IMG/VR virus record: IMGVR_UViG_3300037755_000162 | Coordinates: 1 to 33,243 of that record | DNA from: a virus | Taxonomy: Duplodnaviria > Caudoviricetes | Length of the DNA stretch: 33,243 bases | Strand: one strand, 5' to 3' | Shown here: piece by piece, positions 1 through 7,837 of the stretch | How positions within the stretch are numbered: the first letter of the stretch is position 1 | How the letters are laid out: every line of letters starts with the position of its first letter | Program-made: the position numbers and the translations under genes | The notes under the pieces: generated by a model | What the model was told of the DNA's origin: nothing | Database searches by the model: none | Seen by the model: only the letters and a program-made list of their open reading frames with translations

Positions 1-24
1 TTTTTAGATTTTCTTTTATTAAGT

Positions 25-330
25 TTATTCACTATTATCTCTAAATCTTGTTGGATATTTTTTAATGTACTGCCACAGCATAAATGTTGATACCATTAAC
101 GGAATAAATACTATTGTTCTTATTACTTCTGTCTTAAACACATAACCTATAATGCCTTCTAACAAACTATTCATCACTGTTGAAAATAGTGCCGTAATCA
201 ATGCGACTAAAAAAAACTTTAATCTTGCATTCAAACCATTCTCTTTATCCAAATGGAAATATAGAAATACTCTTAATAAAAAATAAGAAGTTAAGATCGC
301 ACAAAATATCCAAGTCACTTCCCAAATCAT
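25..330 (-). CDS. Small membrane protein with about 3 TM segments, holin-like candidate
   Basis: Three hydrophobic segments, charged C-terminus, GAGG RBS, located at the distal end of the late operon. Confidence 0.55.
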   Translation of the reverse strand: MIWEVTWIFCAILTSYFLLRVFLYFHLDKENGLNARLKFFLVALITALFSTVMNSLLEGIIGYVFKTEVIRTIVFIPLMVSTFMLWQYIKKYPTRFRDNSE

Positions 331-331
331 T

Positions 332-679
332 TTAGTTACCTCTCGGTTGTAATCTCTGTATCAATAAATGTAAATCCGTTAAAGCCTTTGTGGTGGCTAA
401 TGAATCTTCGTGTTGTGTTTTTGTAACTTCCTTCATAGTGTTTCTTGTTTCTACGTGCTGTTTTTCCATCGCCTCTCTCCATTCATTTCTTTCTTCTCTG
501 TGTTCTTTGGTCATATCCTCAATTCGCTTATCGTATTTCTTATGAAGGAAATAAATGTAAGCAGACATAGTAGCAATCATTCCCGTCAACACTCCGAAGT
601 TTACTATATCAGACGGGTTTTGAGCCTGGACTAAAGCATAAACATTAAAGGTCAGCAACCCTATATTAAGTGTCGCCAT
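332..679 (-). CDS. Holin-like protein (N-terminal TM plus charged coiled coil, BhlA/UviB-like layout)
   Basis: Start re-called at ATG 679 (MATLNIGLL) because the longer 913 start overlaps gene 661-1011. TM segment NFGVLTGMIATMSAYIYFL, then DKRIEDMTKEHREERNEWREAMEKQ. Confidence 0.55.
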   Translation of the reverse strand: MATLNIGLLTFNVYALVQAQNPSDIVNFGVLTGMIATMSAYIYFLHKKYDKRIEDMTKEHREERNEWREAMEKQHVETRNTMKEVTKTQHEDSLATTKALTDLHLLIQRLQPRGN

Positions 680-1011
680 TCTAATATCCATAAGACTATT
701 GATAAAATAAGAACTACTATCTGAAAATACAGGATGCTTTCTGCGTAATATCTTAATCCCGAATATGTTAAATAAACTTTTGCCACGTTTATTATTGTAT
801 AAAGGGAATAATTTAAAGCTACCAACTTTATCGCCTTTGAGTCTGTGTATAGGAATATCATAATCGGCAGTAAAGCTATCCGTGCTGTTCTGCTTATGTC
901 TGTTATTATCCAAGCTGTTTCCTCACTGTAAAATTCATTGAGCCACGTAGGTACAGCGAGTAAAGCTGATACCCCCATAAATATAATAGCAAACTTTGTG
1001 AATCTTATCAC
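661..1011 (-). CDS. Small multi-pass membrane protein
   Basis: About 4 hydrophobic segments; start overlaps the upstream stop (GTGA). Confidence 0.7.
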   Translation of the reverse strand: MIRFTKFAIIFMGVSALLAVPTWLNEFYSEETAWIITDISRTARIALLPIMIFLYTDSKAIKLVALNYSLYTIINVAKVYLTYSGLRYYAESILYFQIVVLILSIVLWILEWRHLI

Positions 1012-1211
1012 ACATCACCAACCGGTTTTGGTCTTTTTACCTTTTTATAAACATTAACAAAAACTATGTCAACTTCTTCCCCTGTTAAAAATTCTAAAGC
1101 ATTCTGTGGGTCTGCTTCTGATTGGTCAATTGTTCCCCAAGCCTCAAAATCTTCACACTGTTCTCTAATCCCCTGTAAAAACGCTAACCTGTTTTCTTGT
1201 TGTTGTGTCAT
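1008..1211 (-). CDS. Small hypothetical protein (67 aa) with basic, Pro-containing C-terminal tail
   Basis: Start re-called at ATG 1211 behind AAGGAG; ends KKVKRPKPVGDV. Confidence 0.7.
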   Translation of the reverse strand: MTQQQENRLAFLQGIREQCEDFEAWGTIDQSEADPQNALEFLTGEEVDIVFVNVYKKVKRPKPVGDV

Positions 1212-1224
1212 TTCTATCTCCTTT

Positions 1225-1575
1225 TTATTTGAATATATATTTACCAACTAAAGGTACTAAGTATTTCCATTCTCTAAAAGCTGATTGCCTAAAGATAATG
1301 TGTAAGCACAAGTTTCTCACATACATCCATAATGCCCAATAAATAAGGTAGTCTAATTCACTATAAATTAAATCCGGTAATTGAACTACTCGAATTATTA
1401 GATAAGTTACCAAGCCGTTTGAAACGTGGAATGAATCAAAGTCTTTCCACTCGCTTGTCCAGTCAATATACCAAAACATATCAAAGAAGTGGTCACGATT
1501 CCAACTGCCCCTGTCAATTAAAATCTGTACTTCGCGATATGCTAAGATAATTATTATTAAAATTATTTCTATCAT
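1225..1575 (-). CDS. Membrane protein, Trp-rich, with DSFH motif
   Basis: Hydrophobic N-terminus and two further hydrophobic segments; ATGA overlap with the upstream gene. Confidence 0.7.
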   Translation of the reverse strand: MIEIILIIIILAYREVQILIDRGSWNRDHFFDMFWYIDWTSEWKDFDSFHVSNGLVTYLIIRVVQLPDLIYSELDYLIYWALWMYVRNLCLHIIFRQSAFREWKYLVPLVGKYIFK

Positions 1576-1811
1576 TGTCTTATAAGTCCTTGTTTCTGAA
1601 AGTTTATAAAACCAAATTTCTCGTCAACACATTTCTCACATATTTGGGCAGTCCAAGTTTCTAAGTCTTTATTACTATAATATCCCCAAGAACTTTGCAT
1701 AGTCATATATTCAAAATTTATGTTGCCGTCATAACAAGATTTTCCACAACAATCACAGAGAACGTTACTTATATCTAATTCTGTTTTCTCTACGGGTTTA
1801 TATTCTATCAT
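1572..1811 (-). CDS. Small Zn-binding hypothetical protein
   Basis: CDCC and CEKC motifs; ATGA overlaps on both sides. Confidence 0.75.
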   Translation of the reverse strand: MIEYKPVEKTELDISNVLCDCCGKSCYDGNINFEYMTMQSSWGYYSNKDLETWTAQICEKCVDEKFGFINFQKQGLIRQ

Positions 1812-2347
1812 GGTACTACCTCAAATCTAAAATCGTCACCATAGAATAAAAAGTCGGCTTGGTCTGGTGTGTAAATAAAATTTTGGTCTGCACTTGTAGC
1901 TACAAATATAGCCTCAAAGTAAGTCCACTCATTTAAGGGTTCGGTGATATACATAATGTTTTCAAAGTTAGCACTCCAAACCAATCTTGCGCCTAAAGTA
2001 ACAGGGTAAGCATAGCCACTTAACTTATAAGTTAATCCTATGGTTAAATTAGTTGTAAGCCAACCTTCTGCAAGCATTACATATCCTGCGGCTGCTGTGC
2101 CTCGTACAAACTTTAATGAATATGAACCCGTGTGAGCTTGCTCGTTGCTTCTTTCTACCGTACCACCTGCGTATAAAAGCCAATCAGCATCGTCACCTAT
2201 TGTTTCAAGTGTCCCTTTTGTATCTGCAATTAAGTTTTCAACTGTTGGTTCTGCGGCTGCACTTGTTTCACCCCACCAAGTCCAATGTCCTTGTGAAGAC
2301 AATTCAATCGTAAAAAATAAAATAAATATTATACTAAGGTTCTTCAT
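1808..2347 (-). CDS. Signal-peptide protein with carbohydrate-binding (CBM_4_9-like) domain; candidate adhesin
   Basis: Start re-called at ATG 2347 (ATGA overlap). MKNLSIIFILFFTIELSS|Q signal peptide; CBM4/9-like motifs SNEQAHTGSYSLKF, GLTYKLSGY, NEWTYFEAIF, FYGDDFRFE. Confidence 0.75.
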   Translation of the reverse strand: MKNLSIIFILFFTIELSSQGHWTWWGETSAAAEPTVENLIADTKGTLETIGDDADWLLYAGGTVERSNEQAHTGSYSLKFVRGTAAAGYVMLAEGWLTTNLTIGLTYKLSGYAYPVTLGARLVWSANFENIMYITEPLNEWTYFEAIFVATSADQNFIYTPDQADFLFYGDDFRFEVVP

Positions 2348-2583
2348 TTTGTACCCCAATATTCGATGAAGTCTTTTGGTAGTCCGTTTGCGTTATTTGC
2401 TTTAGCACCACAACTGCAATAATAAAAATTATTGTCTTTTAAATAACATTGGCAATCCCATAGAAAGTTAGCATCTATTTTTTGGGTCTGCCCTTTCTTC
2501 CACCCCCATCCATCGGGCATATCCTCTATACAAATTGCTTCGTTGCCAAAGTTTAATGCAAAAATTTTTAATTTCTCATTCAT
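2344..2583 (-). CDS. Small Cys-containing hypothetical protein
   Basis: DCQC and YCSCG motifs; coupled to neighbours. Confidence 0.65.
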   Translation of the reverse strand: MNEKLKIFALNFGNEAICIEDMPDGWGWKKGQTQKIDANFLWDCQCYLKDNNFYYCSCGAKANNANGLPKDFIEYWGTK

Positions 2584-2746
2584 CTTCTAAAATCTCCTGT
2601 ATTTGTTCCTCCAAATGCCTACCATCAAAAGCGTTATGAACTAATATCATTTCTCCACTTTCCCAAATAATTTTTGGTTCGCATTCACAAGTTGTGGAAT
2701 CTTCATCGTGTTCTTTAATATCATCCACTGGTAAAACCATCACCAT
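2576..2746 (-). CDS. Small His/Cys protein (56 aa), missing from the ORF track
   Basis: Translated by hand: MVMVLPVDDIKEHDEDSTTCECEPKIIWESGEMILVHNAFDGRHLEEQIQEILEDE. GAGG RBS; fills the gap in the operon. Confidence 0.75.
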   Translation of the reverse strand: MVMVLPVDDIKEHDEDSTTCECEPKIIWESGEMILVHNAFDGRHLEEQIQEILEDE

Positions 2747-2755
2747 AATATTACC

Positions 2756-4645
2756 TCAAGGTATTTCATTTTGTACCGCTCCTATCGTTATGTTCCCCGT
2801 TGTTGGTATTTCATTCCCTGCTATATCTATTGAAGGTGGAATGTAAGAGGCATCATACATATTATATCCTGCATTCAACTGTGCCGAGCCTGTTGCTGGT
2901 GCGTAATGTAAAATAATAGCTGCTCTGTCAATATATGTAGTCGGATAGCCTGTGGCTTCGTAAGTCGGTACTGTTGTTGTGTTGTCGGCTGATTTGTCTG
3001 CTGCGTTTAATGCCGTAACGTCTTCAACCTGTGTTTCATAGCCTGCTGTTGTGGTGTTAAATGTGTAGTCGATTATCGGATTGCCTGCTGTTGAAGCTAT
3101 CGCCGAATCAGTAGGGTCAACTCCGAAATTTACTCCTAAGAATCCACCACTAAGCATATTGTTATAAAAATAATTATCAACGTGAATTGCGTTTGGTGCG
3201 TCAACTACATCAATGCTTCCATCTCTGTGTCTGTGCCCCATTGTTGAGCAAGTATGACCGTATATAGCACCTCTCGCTATGTTGTTGGCGAAGATGCACT
3301 TTTGACCTTTTAATTTTGTCGGCGGCGCTAATGTTTCATAAGTTCCCCAGAACCCCGCAAAGCCTGTACTGTCAAGCGTGTTGTTATGATGTAGCGTACT
3401 ATCGTTTGATGGGAATGTTGAGTTACTTCCCGATCCTTCACCTATCACAATATTATATCTAAAGGTAGAATGATAAGCACCGTTGTAATGAGGCATGTTC
3501 TTATAGCCGGTTTGACCGTAGTTATAAATAATATTGTATTCTACTAAATGATGTGAACCCTGCATATCAATACCATCTTCACCTGACCTATAAATATCGT
3601 TGTGATGAATCCAAGCATTCCCTTTTACAGAGTCTGAATTTGTGCTAAAGAAAATTCCGTCATAATAAGATGAATCAACCTGGCAATAAGCAACTTCAAC
3701 TGAATCGTGTGAGCCGTCACCCTCAAATCCCCATCGCCATGTCGGTGTGTTCGTAAAGGTAGTCGGGTTAGCAAAGAAGTTTATTCCCCAACTAAAACCA
3801 TAACTTCGTCTTACCCTACACCTCAAAACTTTAACGCCAACATTTGCACCTTGATAAGCCCATAGTTCCATTGAGTTTTTGAAGTAAATATCCTGAAAAT
3901 ACACGTGAGTCATTCTGCATCCATCAGTACGAATACTAACTTTGCCTGTTTGGTTCTCAGAACTAATTTCAGGCATTGCGCCTGTCCCGTAAGTAGCAAA
4001 AACTATTGGGTTTAAATAAGTACCAAGCCAATCGCCTGTCGGTTCTATAAGTGCGTTAGTCCCACCACCAGAAGCAGGAGACCAAACTTCACCTCTATTA
4101 AATCGTATTGTATCACCTTCTGAAATGTCATTCTTATTCGTAACAAATGTTTCATAACTGGCAGAATTTCCAGCAGTTGTACACGCTGCCCAAGTCCCTG
4201 TCCCTGCTGTGCTGATATATCTCGTTATACCCATTCCTGTGCTGCGTATCGTTCTTGCTGTGTCAATGTTTGAAACAGAAGATGTGTCGGTAGTGTTTTT
4301 GGTTTCAGCGTAAAATCTTAAAGCCCATCCATTGGGCACGTTTGTAAAGTAGTAAATTGAATCTGAAACAGGTCTAACAATCTTAGTCCATTGGTGATAC
4401 CAAACAGGATTATACATTGAATCAGCCATACGGTAATAGTAGTAAATTGAATCAGCACCGCTAACATTTGTAAGTGATAATTTAATTTTATTACCTGTTG
4501 AATCCGAAGCAACTAAAACAGGCGTACTCAAAGCACCAGAACCACCACCACTCACAGGGTTAAACAGTTTGCTTCTATCCATATTCATCATTATCTGTGC
4601 TTGAGTACAGATAGAAAATAAAAGTATGAAGGCTATTATTCTCAT
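2756..4645 (-). CDS. Signal-peptide protein with FnIII-like domain and right-handed parallel beta-helix (tailspike/depolymerase-like)
   Basis: Start re-called at ATG 4645 (TGATG overlap). MRIIAFILLFSICTQA|Q signal peptide. GDTIRFNRGEVW, NPIVFATYGTGAMPEI, IHHNDIYRSGEDGID and LVEYNIIYN are beta-helix-type motifs. C-terminal GSAQLNAG...DIAGN...IGAVQ resembles a choice-of-anchor-Q-type cap. Confidence 0.8.
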   Translation of the reverse strand: MRIIAFILLFSICTQAQIMMNMDRSKLFNPVSGGGSGALSTPVLVASDSTGNKIKLSLTNVSGADSIYYYYRMADSMYNPVWYHQWTKIVRPVSDSIYYFTNVPNGWALRFYAETKNTTDTSSVSNIDTARTIRSTGMGITRYISTAGTGTWAACTTAGNSASYETFVTNKNDISEGDTIRFNRGEVWSPASGGGTNALIEPTGDWLGTYLNPIVFATYGTGAMPEISSENQTGKVSIRTDGCRMTHVYFQDIYFKNSMELWAYQGANVGVKVLRCRVRRSYGFSWGINFFANPTTFTNTPTWRWGFEGDGSHDSVEVAYCQVDSSYYDGIFFSTNSDSVKGNAWIHHNDIYRSGEDGIDMQGSHHLVEYNIIYNYGQTGYKNMPHYNGAYHSTFRYNIVIGEGSGSNSTFPSNDSTLHHNNTLDSTGFAGFWGTYETLAPPTKLKGQKCIFANNIARGAIYGHTCSTMGHRHRDGSIDVVDAPNAIHVDNYFYNNMLSGGFLGVNFGVDPTDSAIASTAGNPIIDYTFNTTTAGYETQVEDVTALNAADKSADNTTTVPTYEATGYPTTYIDRAAIILHYAPATGSAQLNAGYNMYDASYIPPSIDIAGNEIPTTGNITIGAVQNEIP

Positions 4646-5424
4646 CAATACACCAACTGCCATTTAGGTTTTAAGTAATTTTTTACTTGTGTCCTTTCTG
4701 TTGCTGTTAAAACTCGGTTGAACATAATTACCTCTGAAATAAATCCATCATAAGAAGCCCCGACACCCCTTCCCCCAATCTTTGGAACTTTTGTAGCGAG
4801 CACTGTATTTGTGGCTGTAGTGTACTGTTGTGTGATATTTATATCTAATGTCCAAGAATTAGACGCAGACCGCATATTAAGAATATGTGGTGTTGTTAAA
4901 TCTAAAGCAGGATTACCACAAGTTTTCCGTGCTGTACATAGGAAAGCCATATAAACACCACCATCAGTAAATGGATAATAATTGGTAGACGAACCACTAT
5001 CCATAAGAGCAATTCCAAGTATATCCCTGTTAGCCGTTGGGTCGTTTAGTGTTTTCGTAACATAGAATATTTCCCCTGATGTCAGACTTGAAATAAAGTC
5101 AGGTAGATAATGATAATCTCTATTATCAGCGACAACATCATATTTATATTGGATGGTTGGTAAACTATTTAGCCCTGTTAATTTATACACGGGCTGTTCT
5201 ACTACCGTTGTGTTTGTAGCGTTATTACTACCCGATAAATCAGCCCAAACAGAAACAAGACTGTCGCTTGTGGTTATAGAACTTACAACAGAAGCATCTA
5301 AATGCAGTATCAAACCGTCAATATCTGATGGATTGAAACTTGCATCTTCGCCGTACCAAGTCCACCAACTTTGTGAGAAAGTAATTGATGAGAATAGAAT
5401 TATTAAAGCTATTATATTTTTCAT
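4645..5424 (-). CDS. Signal-peptide protein with LamG/concanavalin-like domain; candidate adhesin
   Basis: MKNIIALIILFSSITFS|Q signal peptide; GLILHLDAS...VSVWADLSG and YDGFISEVIMFNRVLTATERTQVKNYL are typical of phage LamG-like proteins. Confidence 0.8.
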   Translation of the reverse strand: MKNIIALIILFSSITFSQSWWTWYGEDASFNPSDIDGLILHLDASVVSSITTSDSLVSVWADLSGSNNATNTTVVEQPVYKLTGLNSLPTIQYKYDVVADNRDYHYLPDFISSLTSGEIFYVTKTLNDPTANRDILGIALMDSGSSTNYYPFTDGGVYMAFLCTARKTCGNPALDLTTPHILNMRSASNSWTLDINITQQYTTATNTVLATKVPKIGGRGVGASYDGFISEVIMFNRVLTATERTQVKNYLKPKWQLVY

Positions 5425-7358
5425 TGTTTTGTGTACCTTATACTAACGCTAAATATTGATGGGTCGCCTGTCACGTTGCTAATTGTAAGTACCATCCAAC
5501 TGTCGATTGCAAAATCAGCATTTGAAAATGTAGTTGATTCCTGTTGGTCGGTATCTGCAACTAAATCAGAAGCCATTGCATCAGTCCCCGCACTATTCGG
5601 GGTAGTCTCTCCGCATTCTTCAATATTGAAACTGACAGTACCCGCATCGGTGTAACTTGCAATTTCTGTTATTGTAATGTTTGCAGGTATTTTATATCCG
5701 GGAAGTCTGCCAACTAATATTGTGTCCATTAAAGGGATAGGAAATACTAACGTTTCAAAGGCTGTCGCAAATTCCGCATCAGTTGTATAGCCTGTCATTT
5801 CAGAACGGTTCATTTTAACTGCTATTGAATCATCTAATAATGCGGGTGCTATTGCAAATGAAGCTGTTGCCGCATATTTTAAATCTGAGAATGTTCTAAA
5901 CTGTGTTGAATCTGCATCAACTAAATATCCGCTTGCAGGGACTCCGCCTAATGAATCAGCATTACCTATCGAACCTTCGCCTGTTTGTAAAATTCCATTG
6001 ATATAAAATGCACCTGTGTTTATTGCGTCACTAATTATGCTATCTGCATAAATATCATCTGCGAATAAATCACCAGTAGCCACACTGTCAGTAGAGCCAA
6101 GTGTTAAATTTTTTGTAGCTGTATTAAATAATGTTGACGTGCCTGAACCGTCCTTGTCTTGGAATATAATATAGTTCGATTTTAATGTGATTTCTGAATT
6201 TACAGAATCAGAATAAAATGGATATAACGCAAATCTTTTAAGATTATTCTGATTGCTATATATTACCGCACTATTGCCTATCTTAGTTTGAGTTTGAGCA
6301 GAAGCTGAGTTTATATCCGTTAAAGTTCCTAAGTGTGTACTTGTACGTTTTGCAAGGGAATATAACCCACCAGACAAAGTGTAATTATCTGATTCTATAT
6401 TTTTTATTGCAAATGTAGAATCATAAGTGCTTAAAGTTGCAACGTCATTTCCTAATGTATCTTCAAAAAAAGTATTATAAAACCTGATATTCATATCTGA
6501 ATTAGTGTATTTGTTGCTCGTCATTATCACGGATTGTTGGTTTGTCGATGTGGAAAATAGAATCAATGATTGACCTAATCTTGTCGTTATGGTCTGTGTA
6601 TTTGGGTTTAACCATATACAAGACCCGAACACATAACTACCCCATTTTAAAAGGCTCAGTCCACCCTGCATCAACCAATTTGAATCACGCTGTGCAAGTG
6701 AATAAAACTTATTGTTGTCACTGCTTAAAAGATAACTGCTATTTGAAAGCAAATCCGTTAAAGTCGGATAAAGATTTAATAATGCTGTGTCAGTTCCAGT
6801 CTCAAACCAATCTAAGGCTGTTGTTGTATTAGCCCTATTAGTTAGTTTCCAGTTATCAGCATTATACCCTATGTTCGTCCACCCGCTTGTTTGACTCTTT
6901 ATTATGCCCCACGGTCGCTGCTCTGTGCCATCTACGCTAAAATAGTCGAGATGAAGTTCAGACCAAGTATGATTTGTTCTGCCATTATAATCGCCTAACC
7001 AGTTTGATTCCATCTGTAAAAACCAGTCGGGGAAAGCTGATTTTTCACCCAGTGTATTAAATCCCATTCTCATAAGATAATTAGGATGTCCACCTGCACC
7101 AGAACCAGATTCATTTGTTGACATAGTAAAGGGCGGTATATCTGTATCGGTTGGCGTTATTCGTAAAAATAAACCAGCAGGAGATGTCCTTCTTTGCAAA
7201 TCAAGCAATGGATTAGTGGCTGATTCTGTAAAGTAAGCATCAAGCGAATCCCTCACTACACCTTTAAGGGTGGTGTCTTGCCTTGTGGTAAAAACAGGGT
7301 TTGATGTTTGTGCATAAATAAGAAACGGTAAAAGAGATAAAAATAAAATCTTTTTCAT
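5421..7358 (-). CDS. Tail fibre-like protein carrying a signal peptide
   Basis: MKKILFLSLLPFLIYA|Q signal peptide; fibre motif GNADSLGGVPASGY (NADxLxGxxASxY type); beta-rich C-terminal tip domain (KIPANITITEI...WMVLTISNV). Confidence 0.7.
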   Translation of the reverse strand: MKKILFLSLLPFLIYAQTSNPVFTTRQDTTLKGVVRDSLDAYFTESATNPLLDLQRRTSPAGLFLRITPTDTDIPPFTMSTNESGSGAGGHPNYLMRMGFNTLGEKSAFPDWFLQMESNWLGDYNGRTNHTWSELHLDYFSVDGTEQRPWGIIKSQTSGWTNIGYNADNWKLTNRANTTTALDWFETGTDTALLNLYPTLTDLLSNSSYLLSSDNNKFYSLAQRDSNWLMQGGLSLLKWGSYVFGSCIWLNPNTQTITTRLGQSLILFSTSTNQQSVIMTSNKYTNSDMNIRFYNTFFEDTLGNDVATLSTYDSTFAIKNIESDNYTLSGGLYSLAKRTSTHLGTLTDINSASAQTQTKIGNSAVIYSNQNNLKRFALYPFYSDSVNSEITLKSNYIIFQDKDGSGTSTLFNTATKNLTLGSTDSVATGDLFADDIYADSIISDAINTGAFYINGILQTGEGSIGNADSLGGVPASGYLVDADSTQFRTFSDLKYAATASFAIAPALLDDSIAVKMNRSEMTGYTTDAEFATAFETLVFPIPLMDTILVGRLPGYKIPANITITEIASYTDAGTVSFNIEECGETTPNSAGTDAMASDLVADTDQQESTTFSNADFAIDSWMVLTISNVTGDPSIFSVSIRYTKQ

Positions 7359-7828
7359 TATCTTTTCCTAAGTGCCTGTATGGTTAATACTACATTACGT
7401 GTTGTTAATGCTGCTCTGTAATTCAATAGTTGAAATTTAAGTAACTCCGCTACTGGTGTGTAAATCATATAATCTTTACCTACTGTGTTATTCACAATCA
7501 CATTCACGCTGTTCCAAGCCGAATCTTTAAGCGTTGTGTATGAACCCCATACGGTGTCTAATGGCGTACCATAGTTATTGTACCTAACCGCACCTGCTTG
7601 TACGTAAATAGAATCAACTGATGAGTTGGCATTTCCTTTTACGAATACTTTATACCACTCGTTGTTGAAATCTACTTTTAGAATAAACGATGAATCAGCC
7701 ACCACTAAGGTATCAGACCCCGAATATCCTAATGAGTCTGTCCATATCGTAGCGTCACCTATCGCCTGTCCGTTTGACTGTGCCATTGTAAACCCTGTGA
7801 ATATTAGGGCTATGAGAAATGCTTTCAT
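7358..7828 (-). CDS. Small beta-rich protein with signal peptide (candidate virion appendage or decoration)
   Basis: MKAFLIALIFTGFTMA|Q signal peptide; AGGAG RBS; first gene of the exported module. Confidence 0.7.
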   Translation of the reverse strand: MKAFLIALIFTGFTMAQSNGQAIGDATIWTDSLGYSGSDTLVVADSSFILKVDFNNEWYKVFVKGNANSSVDSIYVQAGAVRYNNYGTPLDTVWGSYTTLKDSAWNSVNVIVNNTVGKDYMIYTPVAELLKFQLLNYRAALTTRNVVLTIQALRKR

Positions 7829-7837
7829 TTTATCTCC

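Noticed and set aside
680-913. N-terminal extension of ORF 332-913
   Set aside because: Fully overlaps membrane gene 661-1011 on the same strand; ATG 679 gives a normal short overlap.
1808-7828. Exported proteins as lipoproteins or T9SS cargo
   Set aside because: No lipobox Cys at the cleavage sites (Gln instead) and no recognisable T9SS C-terminal domain.
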